Positions 34,663-43,284 of a DNA stretch of 64,000 bases are shown piece by piece. How positions within the stretch are numbered: position 1 is the stretch's first letter; each line of letters begins with the position of its first letter. Both the position numbers and the translations under genes were made by a program. The notes under the pieces are model-generated. The model saw only the letters and a list, made by a program, of their open reading frames with translations. It did not search any database and was not told where the DNA came from. This stretch comes from an uncultured delta proteobacterium (GTDB lineage: Bacteria > Desulfobacterota > Desulfuromonadia > Desulfuromonadales > BM103), in contig CAVVUQ010000005.1 in assembly GCA_963751525.1 (NCBI GenBank), positions 10,153 through 74,152 of the forward strand, written 5' to 3'.

Positions 34663-35463
34663 ATGACCGATCTTCCCGACATCCTCAAGACCATCGTCGC
34701 CCGCAAGCGCGAGGAGGTGGCCGCAGCCCGGTCGGCCATGCCGCTGGCAGCGCTGAAAGGACGGGTCGCCGAGCTTGAGGAGCTGCCGCGTGGCTTTGTC
34801 CGCACCCTGCGGGGTTGTGTCGAGTCGGGGTGGACGACGGTCATCGCCGAGGTCAAGAAGGGTTCCCCCTCCAAGGGGGTGATCCGCGCCGACTTCGACC
34901 CGATCGGCATTGCCGAAATCTACGCCCGGCATGGCGCCGCCTGCCTGTCGGTGCTGACCGACGAGCAGTTCTTCCTCGGCCACCTGCGTTTTCTCGGGCT
35001 GATCCGCGAGCAGGTGCGGTTGCCGCTGCTGCGCAAGGATTTTCTGTTCGACCCTTATCAACTCTGGGAGGCCCGCGAGGCCGGGGCCGATGCCGTGCTG
35101 CTGATCGCCGCCATGCTCGAGCCGGCGCAACTCGCCGACCTGGTCGCCGAGGCACGGGAGATCGGTCTCGATGTGCTGCTCGAAATCCACGACGAGCGCG
35201 AGCTGGAGATGGCGCTGCAGGTGCCGGTCGAGCTGGTCGGCATCAACAACCGTGACCTGCGCACCTTCCAGGTCGATCTGGCGGTGACCGAGCGGCTGGC
35301 GCCGCGGATCCCTGCCGACCGCCTGGTGGTAGCAGAGAGCGGCATCACCACCCGTGGCGATGTGCTGCGACTGCAGACCGCCGGCGCAAGTGTTTTCCTC
35401 ATCGGCGAAAGCCTGATGCGTTCCGCGGATATTGGCGTAAAGCTGGATGAACTTTTGGGATAA
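34663..35463 (+). CDS. trpC: indole-3-glycerol phosphate synthase
   Basis: [18 protein letters not shown] and GINNRDL motifs. Confidence 0.96.
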   Translation: MTDLPDILKTIVARKREEVAAARSAMPLAALKGRVAELEELPRGFVRTLRGCVESGWTTVIAEVKKGSPSKGVIRADFDPIGIAEIYARHGAACLSVLTDEQFFLGHLRFLGLIREQVRLPLLRKDFLFDPYQLWEAREAGADAVLLIAAMLEPAQLADLVAEAREIGLDVLLEIHDERELEMALQVPVELVGINNRDLRTFQVDLAVTERLAPRIPADRLVVAESGITTRGDVLRLQTAGASVFLIGESLMRSADIGVKLDELLG

Positions 35464-35468
35464 CGTAC

Positions 35469-35519
35469 GTAGGGGCGACCCGGTGGGTCGCCCAGGGCGA
35501 GGCACCGTCTCGCCCCTAC
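35469..35519 (+). repeat. REP-like double-hairpin element (trpC-trpB2 spacer)
   Basis: Outer arms gtagg/cctac enclose two hairpins: gggcgaccc-ggt-gggtcgccc and gggcgag-gcaccgt-ctcgccc. Same architecture as 34605-34655. Confidence 0.8.
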
Positions 35520-35542
35520 ATGACACTTCAAGGAGATCACAC

Positions 35543-36898
35543 ATGGAAACCAAGATTCTGCTGCCGGAAGACCGTATCCCCAAACAGTGGTACAACATCA
35601 TCCCCGACATGCCGGGGCCGCTCTCGCCGGTCATACACCCCGGCACCCTGCAGCCGGTGACGCCGGATGACCTGCTGCCGCTCTTCCCCATGGGGCTGAT
35701 CGAGCAGGAGGTCTCATCGCAGCGCTGGATCGACATCCCCGATGAAGTGCGCGAGATCTATCAGCTCTGGCGGCCGGCCCCGCTGTTCCGCGCCCACCGC
35801 CTGGAACGGGCCCTCGGCACCCCGGCGAAGATCTACTACAAGTACGAGGGCGGCTCGCCGGCCGGCTCGCACAAACCGAACACCGCCATCCCCCAGGCCT
35901 ACTACAACAAGCTGGGCGGCACCAAGCGCATTGCCACCGAAACCGGCGCCGGCCAATGGGGTTCGTCCATGGCCCTGGCCTGCCAGATGTTCGGCCTGGA
36001 GTGCACCGTCTACATGGTCAAGGTCTCCTTCACCCAGAAACCCTACCGCAAGAGCATGATGCAGCTGTGGGGCGCCGAGGTCATCGCCTCCCCCTCCAAC
36101 CGCACCAATGCCGGCCGCGGCATCCTCGCCATGGATCCGGAGAGCAACGGCTCCCTGGGGATTGCCATCAGCGAGGCGGTGGAGGACGCCGCCACCCGCG
36201 AGGACACCCGCTACGCTCTTGGCAGCGTGCTCAACCACGTCTGCATGCATCAGACGATCATCGGCCTGGAGGCCAAGGAACAGCTGGCGCTGGTCGGCGA
36301 CTACCCGGACGTGGTCATCGGCTGCCACGGCGGCGGCTCCAACTTTGCCGGCATCGCCTTCCCCTTCGTGGCCGACAAGGCCGCCGGCAAACAGGTGCGC
36401 CTCCTGGCGATGGAGCCGGCCAGCTGCCCGACCTTGACCAAGGGTATCTACGCCTTCGATTACGGCGACACCGCCAAGATGGCGCCGATCGCCCGGATGT
36501 ACACCCTCGGCCATGACTTCATGCCCCCCGGCATCCACGCCGGCGGGCTGCGCTACCACGGCGCCTCACCGCTGGTGTCACAACTGGTCCACGCCGGGGT
36601 GGTCGAGGCGCGCGCCGTGGCGCAGACCGGTTGTTTCGAGGCGGCGGTGCAATTTTCCCGCTGCGAGGGGATCATCCCCGCGCCGGAATCGTCGCATGCC
36701 ATCCGCGGGGCCATCGACGAAGCGCTGCAGGCCAAGGCGGAAGGGCGGGAACGGGTGATCCTGTTCAACCTGTCCGGCCACGGCCATGTCGACATGGCCG
36801 CCTACGATGCCTATTTCAGCGGCCACCTCGAGGATTTTGCCTATCCGGAAGCGGCGATTAAAGAATCGTTGGCCCACTTGCCAAAGGTATCGCTTTAG
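35543..36898 (+). CDS. TrpB2-type tryptophan synthase beta-like PLP enzyme
   Basis: 451 aa. Long N-terminal extension ([24 protein letters not shown]) and a [14 protein letters not shown] lysine motif. Distinct from the TrpB1 encoded at 37565. Confidence 0.85.
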   Translation: METKILLPEDRIPKQWYNIIPDMPGPLSPVIHPGTLQPVTPDDLLPLFPMGLIEQEVSSQRWIDIPDEVREIYQLWRPAPLFRAHRLERALGTPAKIYYKYEGGSPAGSHKPNTAIPQAYYNKLGGTKRIATETGAGQWGSSMALACQMFGLECTVYMVKVSFTQKPYRKSMMQLWGAEVIASPSNRTNAGRGILAMDPESNGSLGIAISEAVEDAATREDTRYALGSVLNHVCMHQTIIGLEAKEQLALVGDYPDVVIGCHGGGSNFAGIAFPFVADKAAGKQVRLLAMEPASCPTLTKGIYAFDYGDTAKMAPIARMYTLGHDFMPPGIHAGGLRYHGASPLVSQLVHAGVVEARAVAQTGCFEAAVQFSRCEGIIPAPESSHAIRGAIDEALQAKAEGRERVILFNLSGHGHVDMAAYDAYFSGHLEDFAYPEAAIKESLAHLPKVSL

Positions 36899-36912
36899 TC
36901 AGGTATAATGCA

Positions 36913-36936
36913 GGGGGCGAGGCGAGCCTCGCCCCC
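36913..36936 (+). repeat. GC-rich hairpin in the trpB2-trpF spacer (single REP-like arm)
   Basis: gggggcgaggc-ga-gcctcgccccc. Confidence 0.6.
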
Positions 36937-36948
36937 ACGAGTCGGTGT

Positions 36949-37563
36949 ATGCTTAAAGTCAAGATCTGCGGCATCACCAACCGGGACGATGCCTTGCACG
37001 CCGCCGCATGCGGTGCCGACGCTCTCGGCTTCGTCTTTTACTCCGGCAGCCCGCGCTATATGACGCCGGCACAGGTGCGCGCGATTGTCGAGGTGCTGCC
37101 GCCCTTCGTGTCCCGGGTCGGGCTCTTCGTCAACGAGGCGCCAGAGCGGATTCGCGCAATTGCCGGGGAATGCGGGCTCGACGTCCTGCAGCTGCACGGT
37201 GACGAAGTCCCGGCAGCCTGCGTGATTCCGCCGTACCGGGTGATCAAGGGGGTGCGCCCGCAGGGATCCGTCGACTTGGCGCCACTCTCCGCCTACCCGG
37301 TGGCTGCCCTGCTGGTCGATGCCGCGGTACCCGGGCAGTTCGGCGGCACCGGCCAGCGTGCCGACTGGCAGCTGGCCGCGCAACTGGCCGCTGCGCACCG
37401 GGTGATTCTCGCCGGCGGCCTGACTCCGGACAACGTCGCCGCGGCGGCGCAACAAGTCCGGCCCTATGGCGTTGACGTCTCCAGCGGTGTCGAGAGCACG
37501 CCGGGGAGGAAAGACCCGGCAAAGGTCGCCCAGTTTATCCGCAGGGCCAGGGAGGCCTGCTGA
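36949..37563 (+). CDS. trpF: phosphoribosylanthranilate isomerase
   Basis: [15 protein letters not shown] start. 204 aa. Confidence 0.95.
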   Translation: MLKVKICGITNRDDALHAAACGADALGFVFYSGSPRYMTPAQVRAIVEVLPPFVSRVGLFVNEAPERIRAIAGECGLDVLQLHGDEVPAACVIPPYRVIKGVRPQGSVDLAPLSAYPVAALLVDAAVPGQFGGTGQRADWQLAAQLAAAHRVILAGGLTPDNVAAAAQQVRPYGVDVSSGVESTPGRKDPAKVAQFIRRAREAC

Positions 37564-37564
37564 C

Positions 37565-38758
37565 ATGTCCCAGCAACCCGACGCCAACGGCCACTTCGGC
37601 CAGTTCGGCGGGCGCTACGTGGCCGAAACGCTGATGCCCGCCTTGGGTGATCTTGAGCAGGCCTACCGCGCGGCCCAGGCCGACCCCCTCTTCCAGCGCG
37701 AGTTCGACGGTTACCTGCGTGACTACGTCGGCCGGCCGAGCCCGCTCTATCTGGCCCAACGCCTGACTGCGCACGCCGGCGGCGCGAAGATCTATCTCAA
37801 GCGCGAAGATCTCAACCACACCGGGGCGCACAAGGTCAACAACACCGTCGGCCAGGCACTGCTCGCCCGGCGCATGGGCAAGCGCAAGGTGATCGCCGAG
37901 ACCGGCGCCGGCCAGCATGGCGTGGCCACCGCCACGGTCGCTGCGTTATTTGGCATGCAGTGCGACGTTTTCATGGGGGAGGAGGACATCCGCCGCCAGG
38001 CGCTCAACGTCTTCCGCATGAAGCTGCTCGGCGCGAAAGTCCATCCGGTGAACAGCGGCACGTCCACCCTCAAGGACGCCATGAACGAGGCGCTGCGCTA
38101 CTGGGTGGCCCACGTGCGCGACACCTTTTACGTGATCGGCACGGTGGCCGGCCCGCACCCGTACCCGATGCTGGTGCGCGATTTCCAGGCGGTGATCGGC
38201 CGCGAGGCGCGCGCCCAGTTCCTCGAAGCCGAGGGCCGGCTCCCCGAGCTGTTGCTGGCCTGCATCGGCGGCGGTTCCAACGCCATGGGGCTGTTCCATC
38301 CGTTTCTCAATGATGCCGGGGTGCGGATGATGGGGGTCGAGGCGGCGGGGCTGGGGGTCGCGACCGGCAAGCATGCGGCCAGCATCGGCGCCGGCAGCGT
38401 CGGCGTGCTGCACGGCAACAAGACCTATCTGCTGCAGGACGAGCAGGGGCAGATCGCCCATGCCCACTCGGTCTCGGCCGGCCTCGACTATCCCGGCGTC
38501 GGTCCTGAGCATGCCTGGCTGCATGAAACCGGCCGGGCCGAGTACGTCTCGGTCACCGACGACGAGGCGCTGCAGGCCTTTCGCCTGCTGACCGAACTGG
38601 AAGGGATCATGCCGGCGCTGGAGAGTGCCCACGCCGTGGCCCAGGCTCTCAAGACCGCGGCGACGATGGGGTCCGACCAGGCCATTCTGGTCTGTCTCTC
38701 CGGGCGCGGCGACAAGGATATGCACACCGTGGCTTCGGCGATGGGTTTTGAATTGTAG
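37565..38758 (+). CDS. trpB: tryptophan synthase beta chain (TrpB1)
   Basis: The ATG at 37565 gives [27 protein letters not shown]. Contains the [11 protein letters not shown] motif. Confidence 0.96.
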   Translation: MSQQPDANGHFGQFGGRYVAETLMPALGDLEQAYRAAQADPLFQREFDGYLRDYVGRPSPLYLAQRLTAHAGGAKIYLKREDLNHTGAHKVNNTVGQALLARRMGKRKVIAETGAGQHGVATATVAALFGMQCDVFMGEEDIRRQALNVFRMKLLGAKVHPVNSGTSTLKDAMNEALRYWVAHVRDTFYVIGTVAGPHPYPMLVRDFQAVIGREARAQFLEAEGRLPELLLACIGGGSNAMGLFHPFLNDAGVRMMGVEAAGLGVATGKHAASIGAGSVGVLHGNKTYLLQDEQGQIAHAHSVSAGLDYPGVGPEHAWLHETGRAEYVSVTDDEALQAFRLLTELEGIMPALESAHAVAQALKTAATMGSDQAILVCLSGRGDKDMHTVASAMGFEL

Positions 38759-38839
38759 TTTAAACCCACCCCCCTTGGTCCCCCCTGTAAAACAGGGGGG
38801 ATGCCGAACCCAGTGAGGCAGGGGGGTCGAAAGGACAGA

Positions 38840-40114
38840 ATGAAATTCACCGAACTGAATATCCCCGAGCAGGTCATGCGCGGGATCGAAGCGGTCGGCT
38901 TCACCGACCTGACGCCGGTGCAGGAGGAGTCGATTCCGCTGGCTCTGGCCGGCAAGGACGTCGCCGCCCAGGCCCAGACCGGCACCGGCAAGACCGCGGC
39001 GTTCCTGGTCTCCCTGTACAGCCGCATGCTCGCCGACCCGAAGCCGACCGGCGACCAGCCGCGCGCCCTGATCCTGGCGCCGACCAGGGAGTTGGTGGCG
39101 CAGATCTGCAGTGATGCCGAGGGGCTTGGCGTCCATTGCCCGTTCAAGGTCCAGGCGATCTTCGGCGGCATCGACTACGAAAAGCAGCGCCAGGCGCTGC
39201 GCAACGGCGTCGACGTGATTGTCGCCACCCCGGGGCGGTTGATCGACTACTTCAAGCAGAAGGTATTCAGCATGCGCAAGGTCGAGATGGTGGTGATCGA
39301 CGAGGCCGACCGCATGTTCGATATGGGCTTCATCAAGGACCTGCGCTATATCCTGCGCCAGTTGCCCCCCGTTGAGCAGCGCCAGACCATGCTTTTCTCG
39401 GCGACCCTGTCGCCGCGGGTCATGGAGTTGGCCTACGAGTTCATGAACCTCACCGAGCGGGTCAATATCGCTCCTGAGCAGGTCACCGTCGAGCGCGTCG
39501 AGCAGATGCTCTATCACGTGTCGCGCCGTGAGAAGTTCCCGTTTCTCCTCGGCCTGCTGCGCCGCGAAGCCGACATGGGCAGGACGATGCTGTTCGTCAA
39601 CACCAAGCGGGAGGCCGAACATCTGGCCGAGCGCCTCAATGCCAATGACTGCAAGGCCGCGGTGATCTCCGGCGACATCGACCAGCGCAAGCGCCTGCGC
39701 CTGATCGAGGACTTCAAGGCTGACCGCCTGGGCTTCCTGGTAGCCACCGACGTCGCCTCGCGCGGCCTGCACATCGACGATGTCACCCATGTCATCAACT
39801 ACGACCTGCCGCAGGATGCCGAGGACTACGTGCACCGCATCGGCCGCACCGCCCGCGCCGGCGCCCTGGGAAAAGCAATCTCCCTGGCCGACGAGGACCT
39901 GGTCTTCCATCTGCCGGAGATCGAGGAGTTCATCGGCATCAAGATCCCCAGCGCCTTCCCGGCGGATGACGATTTCGTCTGGGATTACCGGCGCACCCCG
40001 CCCCGGCGCAAGGCGCCGGTGCCGGAGAAAAAGGGTGCCGCCGACGGCAAGCACAGCCGGCCGCAACGGCATCACCGGCGCGGCAAGGGGGCGCCGAGCG
40101 GCAAGGGGCATTGA
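38840..40114 (+). CDS. DEAD-box ATP-dependent RNA helicase (RhlE-like)
   Basis: AQTGTGKT, DEAD, SAT and HRIGRTARAG motifs, with a basic C-terminal tail. The ATG at 38840 lies inside track ORF 38801-40114. Confidence 0.93.
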   Translation: MKFTELNIPEQVMRGIEAVGFTDLTPVQEESIPLALAGKDVAAQAQTGTGKTAAFLVSLYSRMLADPKPTGDQPRALILAPTRELVAQICSDAEGLGVHCPFKVQAIFGGIDYEKQRQALRNGVDVIVATPGRLIDYFKQKVFSMRKVEMVVIDEADRMFDMGFIKDLRYILRQLPPVEQRQTMLFSATLSPRVMELAYEFMNLTERVNIAPEQVTVERVEQMLYHVSRREKFPFLLGLLRREADMGRTMLFVNTKREAEHLAERLNANDCKAAVISGDIDQRKRLRLIEDFKADRLGFLVATDVASRGLHIDDVTHVINYDLPQDAEDYVHRIGRTARAGALGKAISLADEDLVFHLPEIEEFIGIKIPSAFPADDDFVWDYRRTPPRRKAPVPEKKGAADGKHSRPQRHHRRGKGAPSGKGH

Positions 40115-40170
40115 ATGAGCTCCCCGCTTCCGGTAATATTCCACATCTTGCGAGCTCTCATGGTCGATAC

Positions 40171-40971
40171 ATGTCGCGGATAGCACTGACCCTGGAACCC
40201 CTGCGGCAGCGCGGCGAAAAGGCGCTGATCACTTATCTGACCGCCGGCGATCCCGATCTGGAGACCAGCGAACGGGTGATCCATGCCCTGGTCGAGGCCG
40301 GCGTCGATCTGCTGGAGATCGGTTTCCCGTTCTCCGACCCGATGGCCGACGGGCCGACTATCCAGGCTGCCGCCGAGCGGTCCCTGGCCGCCGGCACCAC
40401 CCTGCCCGGCGTGCTGGCGATGGTCGCCCGGGTGCGCTGTCACAGCAACGTGCCGATCGTGCTGATGGGCTACTACAACCCGGTCTTCCGCCACGGTGCG
40501 GCCGCCTTCGCCCGGGATGCCGCGCAGGTCGGGGTTGACGGCCTGCTGCTGGTCGACCTTCCTCCCGAGGAGGCCGGCGAGCTCCATCCCCATTTGCGGG
40601 CGGCGGGGATCGACCTGATTACCCTGCTGGCGCCGACCACGCCGCAGGAACGCCTGAGCCGCCTGGCCCGGCAGGGAGAAGGTTTTCTCTACTATGTGTC
40701 GATGACCGGGGTCACCGGCACCCAGAAGGTCGATGCGGCGGCTATCGCCGCCGCGGTCGCCGGAGTGCGCCGGGAGAGCCCGGTGCCGGTCGCCGTCGGT
40801 TTCGGCGTGACCACCCCGGAGGAGGCCCGTGCCGTGGCCCAGTTTGCCGATGCGGTGGTGGTCGGTAGCGCCCTGGTGCAGCTGATTGCCGCCCACGGCC
40901 GGTCGCCGGAGTTGCTCAGGGAAGTCCAGGCGTTTGCGCGGGCCCTGAAAGCCGCCGTCACGTCAAACTGA
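40171..40971 (+). CDS. trpA: tryptophan synthase alpha chain
   Basis: The ATG at 40171 gives MSRIALTLEPLRQRGEKALITYLTAGDPD. Contains LEIGFPFSDPMADGPTIQ. Confidence 0.95.
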   Translation: MSRIALTLEPLRQRGEKALITYLTAGDPDLETSERVIHALVEAGVDLLEIGFPFSDPMADGPTIQAAAERSLAAGTTLPGVLAMVARVRCHSNVPIVLMGYYNPVFRHGAAAFARDAAQVGVDGLLLVDLPPEEAGELHPHLRAAGIDLITLLAPTTPQERLSRLARQGEGFLYYVSMTGVTGTQKVDAAAIAAAVAGVRRESPVPVAVGFGVTTPEEARAVAQFADAVVVGSALVQLIAAHGRSPELLREVQAFARALKAAVTSN

Positions 40972-41081
40972 GCCTGATGCTTCAGCAGGCTTCCTGGCGG
41001 CCCGCTGGGCTCAGCTTCTCATAAATCGTGTTGCATCATCCCGGCCGGCCAATGTCAGCTGCCGGCCAAGGAGGCTCGAAG

Positions 41082-41948
41082 ATGGCCTGGTTCAAGAAAT
41101 CGAAAGCGCCGATTGCGGCCCCCGTCGATACCAAGAAGGTGCAGATGCCCGAAGGGCTCTGGACTAAATGCAAGAACTGCGAAGAGATCATCTACACCAA
41201 GGAGATCGAGCGCAACCTGAACGTCTGCCCGAAGTGCGACTACCACTTTCGGATCAGCGCCCGCGAGCGGATCGACCTGGTGCTCGATGCCGGATCCTTC
41301 GCGGAGACCGATCCGAACATGACCTCCATCGACTTTCTCAAGTTCAAGGACTCCAAGAAGTACAGCGACCGCATCAAGGCGGCGCTGGCCAAGAGCGGCG
41401 GCGGCGACGCGATTGTCACCGGGACCGGCGCCATCGAAGGGCTGCCGGTGGTGGTGGCGGTGTTCGACTTCAGCTTTCTTGGTGGCAGCATGGGGTCGGT
41501 GGTCGGCGAGAAGGTCACCCGGGCCATCGAACTCGGCCTGGAGCAGCGCCAGCCGGTGCTGGTCTTCTCCTCCTCCGGCGGTGCGCGCATGCAGGAGAGC
41601 ATCCTGTCGCTGATGCAAATGGCCAAGAGCAGTGCCGCTCTGGCCAAGCTCAAGAAGGCCGGCATCCCGTTCCTGTCGATCCTCACCGACCCGACGACCG
41701 GCGGGGTGACGGCGAGCTTTGCCATGCTCGGCGATCTGAACATTGCCGAACCGCGAGCCCTGATCGGTTTCGCCGGGCCGCGGGTCATCGAGCAGACCAT
41801 CCGCCAGAAGCTGCCGGAGGGGTTCCAGCGTTCCGAGTATCTGCTCGAGCATGGCATGGTTGACATGATCGTTGCGCGCAGCGAGATGAAGCAGCGTCTG
41901 GCGCAGCTTCTGCGCATCCTGACCCGTCAGGCGGCGCCCGCGGCCTGA
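41082..41948 (+). CDS. accD: acetyl-CoA carboxylase carboxyltransferase subunit beta
   Basis: MAWFKKSK start and zinc ribbon CKNCEEIIY...CPKCDYH. Confidence 0.95.
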   Translation: MAWFKKSKAPIAAPVDTKKVQMPEGLWTKCKNCEEIIYTKEIERNLNVCPKCDYHFRISARERIDLVLDAGSFAETDPNMTSIDFLKFKDSKKYSDRIKAALAKSGGGDAIVTGTGAIEGLPVVVAVFDFSFLGGSMGSVVGEKVTRAIELGLEQRQPVLVFSSSGGARMQESILSLMQMAKSSAALAKLKKAGIPFLSILTDPTTGGVTASFAMLGDLNIAEPRALIGFAGPRVIEQTIRQKLPEGFQRSEYLLEHGMVDMIVARSEMKQRLAQLLRILTRQAAPAA

Positions 41949-41950
41949 TC

Positions 41951-43273
41951 GTGACGCCGGACGAGAGCCTGGCGTACCTTTACGATCTCCAGCGCTTCGG
42001 CATCAAGCTGGGGTTGCAGAACATCCGCGCGCTGCTGGAGCGACTCGGCAACCCGCAGGCCGGACTGTGCTGTGTACATGTGGCCGGCACCAACGGCAAG
42101 GGATCGGTCAGCGTGCTGCTGGCGGAGATCCTCCGCCACGCCGGTTGTCGGGTGGGGCTGTACACCTCGCCGCACCTGCATTGCTTCACCGAACGGGTCC
42201 GCATCGATGGCGAGGCGCTGGCGCGCGACCGTCTGCCGTACCTGGTACGGCAGGTCAGGGATGCCAGCACGGGGATTCCCGCCACCTTCTTCGAGGCGAC
42301 CACGGCGCTGGCCCTGCTGGCCTTCCGTGACGCCGCCGTGGCGGTCGCCGTGCTGGAAACCGGCATGGGCGGGCGTTTCGACGCCACCAACGTGGTCGAA
42401 CCCGCCCTCTGTCTGATCACGCCGGTCTCCCTTGATCACCAGGAGCATCTCGGCGCGACGCTGGCGGCGATTGCCGCCGAGAAGGCCGGGATCGTCAAGT
42501 CGGGGGTGCCGGTGGTGAGCGGCGTGCAGGAACCCGAAGTCGCGGCAGTCATTGCCGCTGCCGCCGCCGGGCACGCTGCCCCCTTGTGGCAAGCCGGGGA
42601 AGATTATCTGTGGGGGGGGGATGCCGCCGCCATGTGGTTCCGCGCCGGGGAACTGGAGTTGACCGGGCTGCACTGCGCCCTCCCCGGCACCCACCAGCTG
42701 GCCAACTACGCCCAGGCTCTGGCGGGAGCCGCCCTGCTGGATCAGCGGGGCTTGCCGATTCCTGCCGAGGCCATGCGCCGGGCCGGTGTCTCGGCCCGCT
42801 GGCCGGGCCGGCTGGAGTGGTGGGGGAACCCGCCGGTGGTGCTTCTCGATGGCGCCCACAACGCAGCCGGGGCCGCTGCCCTGGCCCGCTATCTGACCGA
42901 GGAGGTTCGCCGGCCGGTACGCCTGGTCGCCGGACTCAGCGGCCAACGGCGCCCGGAAGAGGTGCTTGACCCGCTGGCGGCCGCGGGTTGCTCTTTGCAG
43001 GGGCTCTATGCCGCCCCGGTCCCCGAAGGGGTCGCCGTACCACCGGAGTCCCTGGTCGCCTGGGCGCGGCAGCGCCGCCTCCCGGCCCGGGCTTTTGCCG
43101 TGCCGGAGACCGCTTTTGCCGCGGCGCTCGCCGAGCGGGACGCGGCAGATGTGGTGGTGGTGGCCGGATCGCTTTATCTGGTGGCCGCCGTGCGTGGACT
43201 GTTGTGCGCCGATGCCGTCTGGTCCTTATCCGCTGGGGGGGAGTTCCGCCGAATGCCGGCTGGGAAAGGTTGA
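41951..43273 (+). CDS. folC: bifunctional folylpolyglutamate synthase / dihydrofolate synthase
   Basis: GTG start. HVAGTNGKGS P-loop. Mur-ligase-like, in the trpA-accD-folC order. Confidence 0.9.
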   Translation: MTPDESLAYLYDLQRFGIKLGLQNIRALLERLGNPQAGLCCVHVAGTNGKGSVSVLLAEILRHAGCRVGLYTSPHLHCFTERVRIDGEALARDRLPYLVRQVRDASTGIPATFFEATTALALLAFRDAAVAVAVLETGMGGRFDATNVVEPALCLITPVSLDHQEHLGATLAAIAAEKAGIVKSGVPVVSGVQEPEVAAVIAAAAAGHAAPLWQAGEDYLWGGDAAAMWFRAGELELTGLHCALPGTHQLANYAQALAGAALLDQRGLPIPAEAMRRAGVSARWPGRLEWWGNPPVVLLDGAHNAAGAAALARYLTEEVRRPVRLVAGLSGQRRPEEVLDPLAAAGCSLQGLYAAPVPEGVAVPPESLVAWARQRRLPARAFAVPETAFAAALAERDAADVVVVAGSLYLVAAVRGLLCADAVWSLSAGGEFRRMPAGKG

Positions 43274-43284
43274 AGAGGCGGATC

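Noticed and set aside
36904-36909. A perfect TATAAT hexamer in the trpB2-trpF spacer, possibly an internal promoter.
   Set aside because: The only TTGNNN-like hexamer upstream (TTGCCA, 36878-36883) is 20 nt away and there is no TG extension. A lone -10 match is too weak to call.
42612-42620. G9 homopolymers inside folC (42612-42620) and hipA (50023-50031) as possible phase-variation switches.
   Set aside because: Both are in-frame and encode plausible Gly runs in otherwise intact genes. A housekeeping folC is not a typical contingency locus. They are noted only as context for the frameshift findings.
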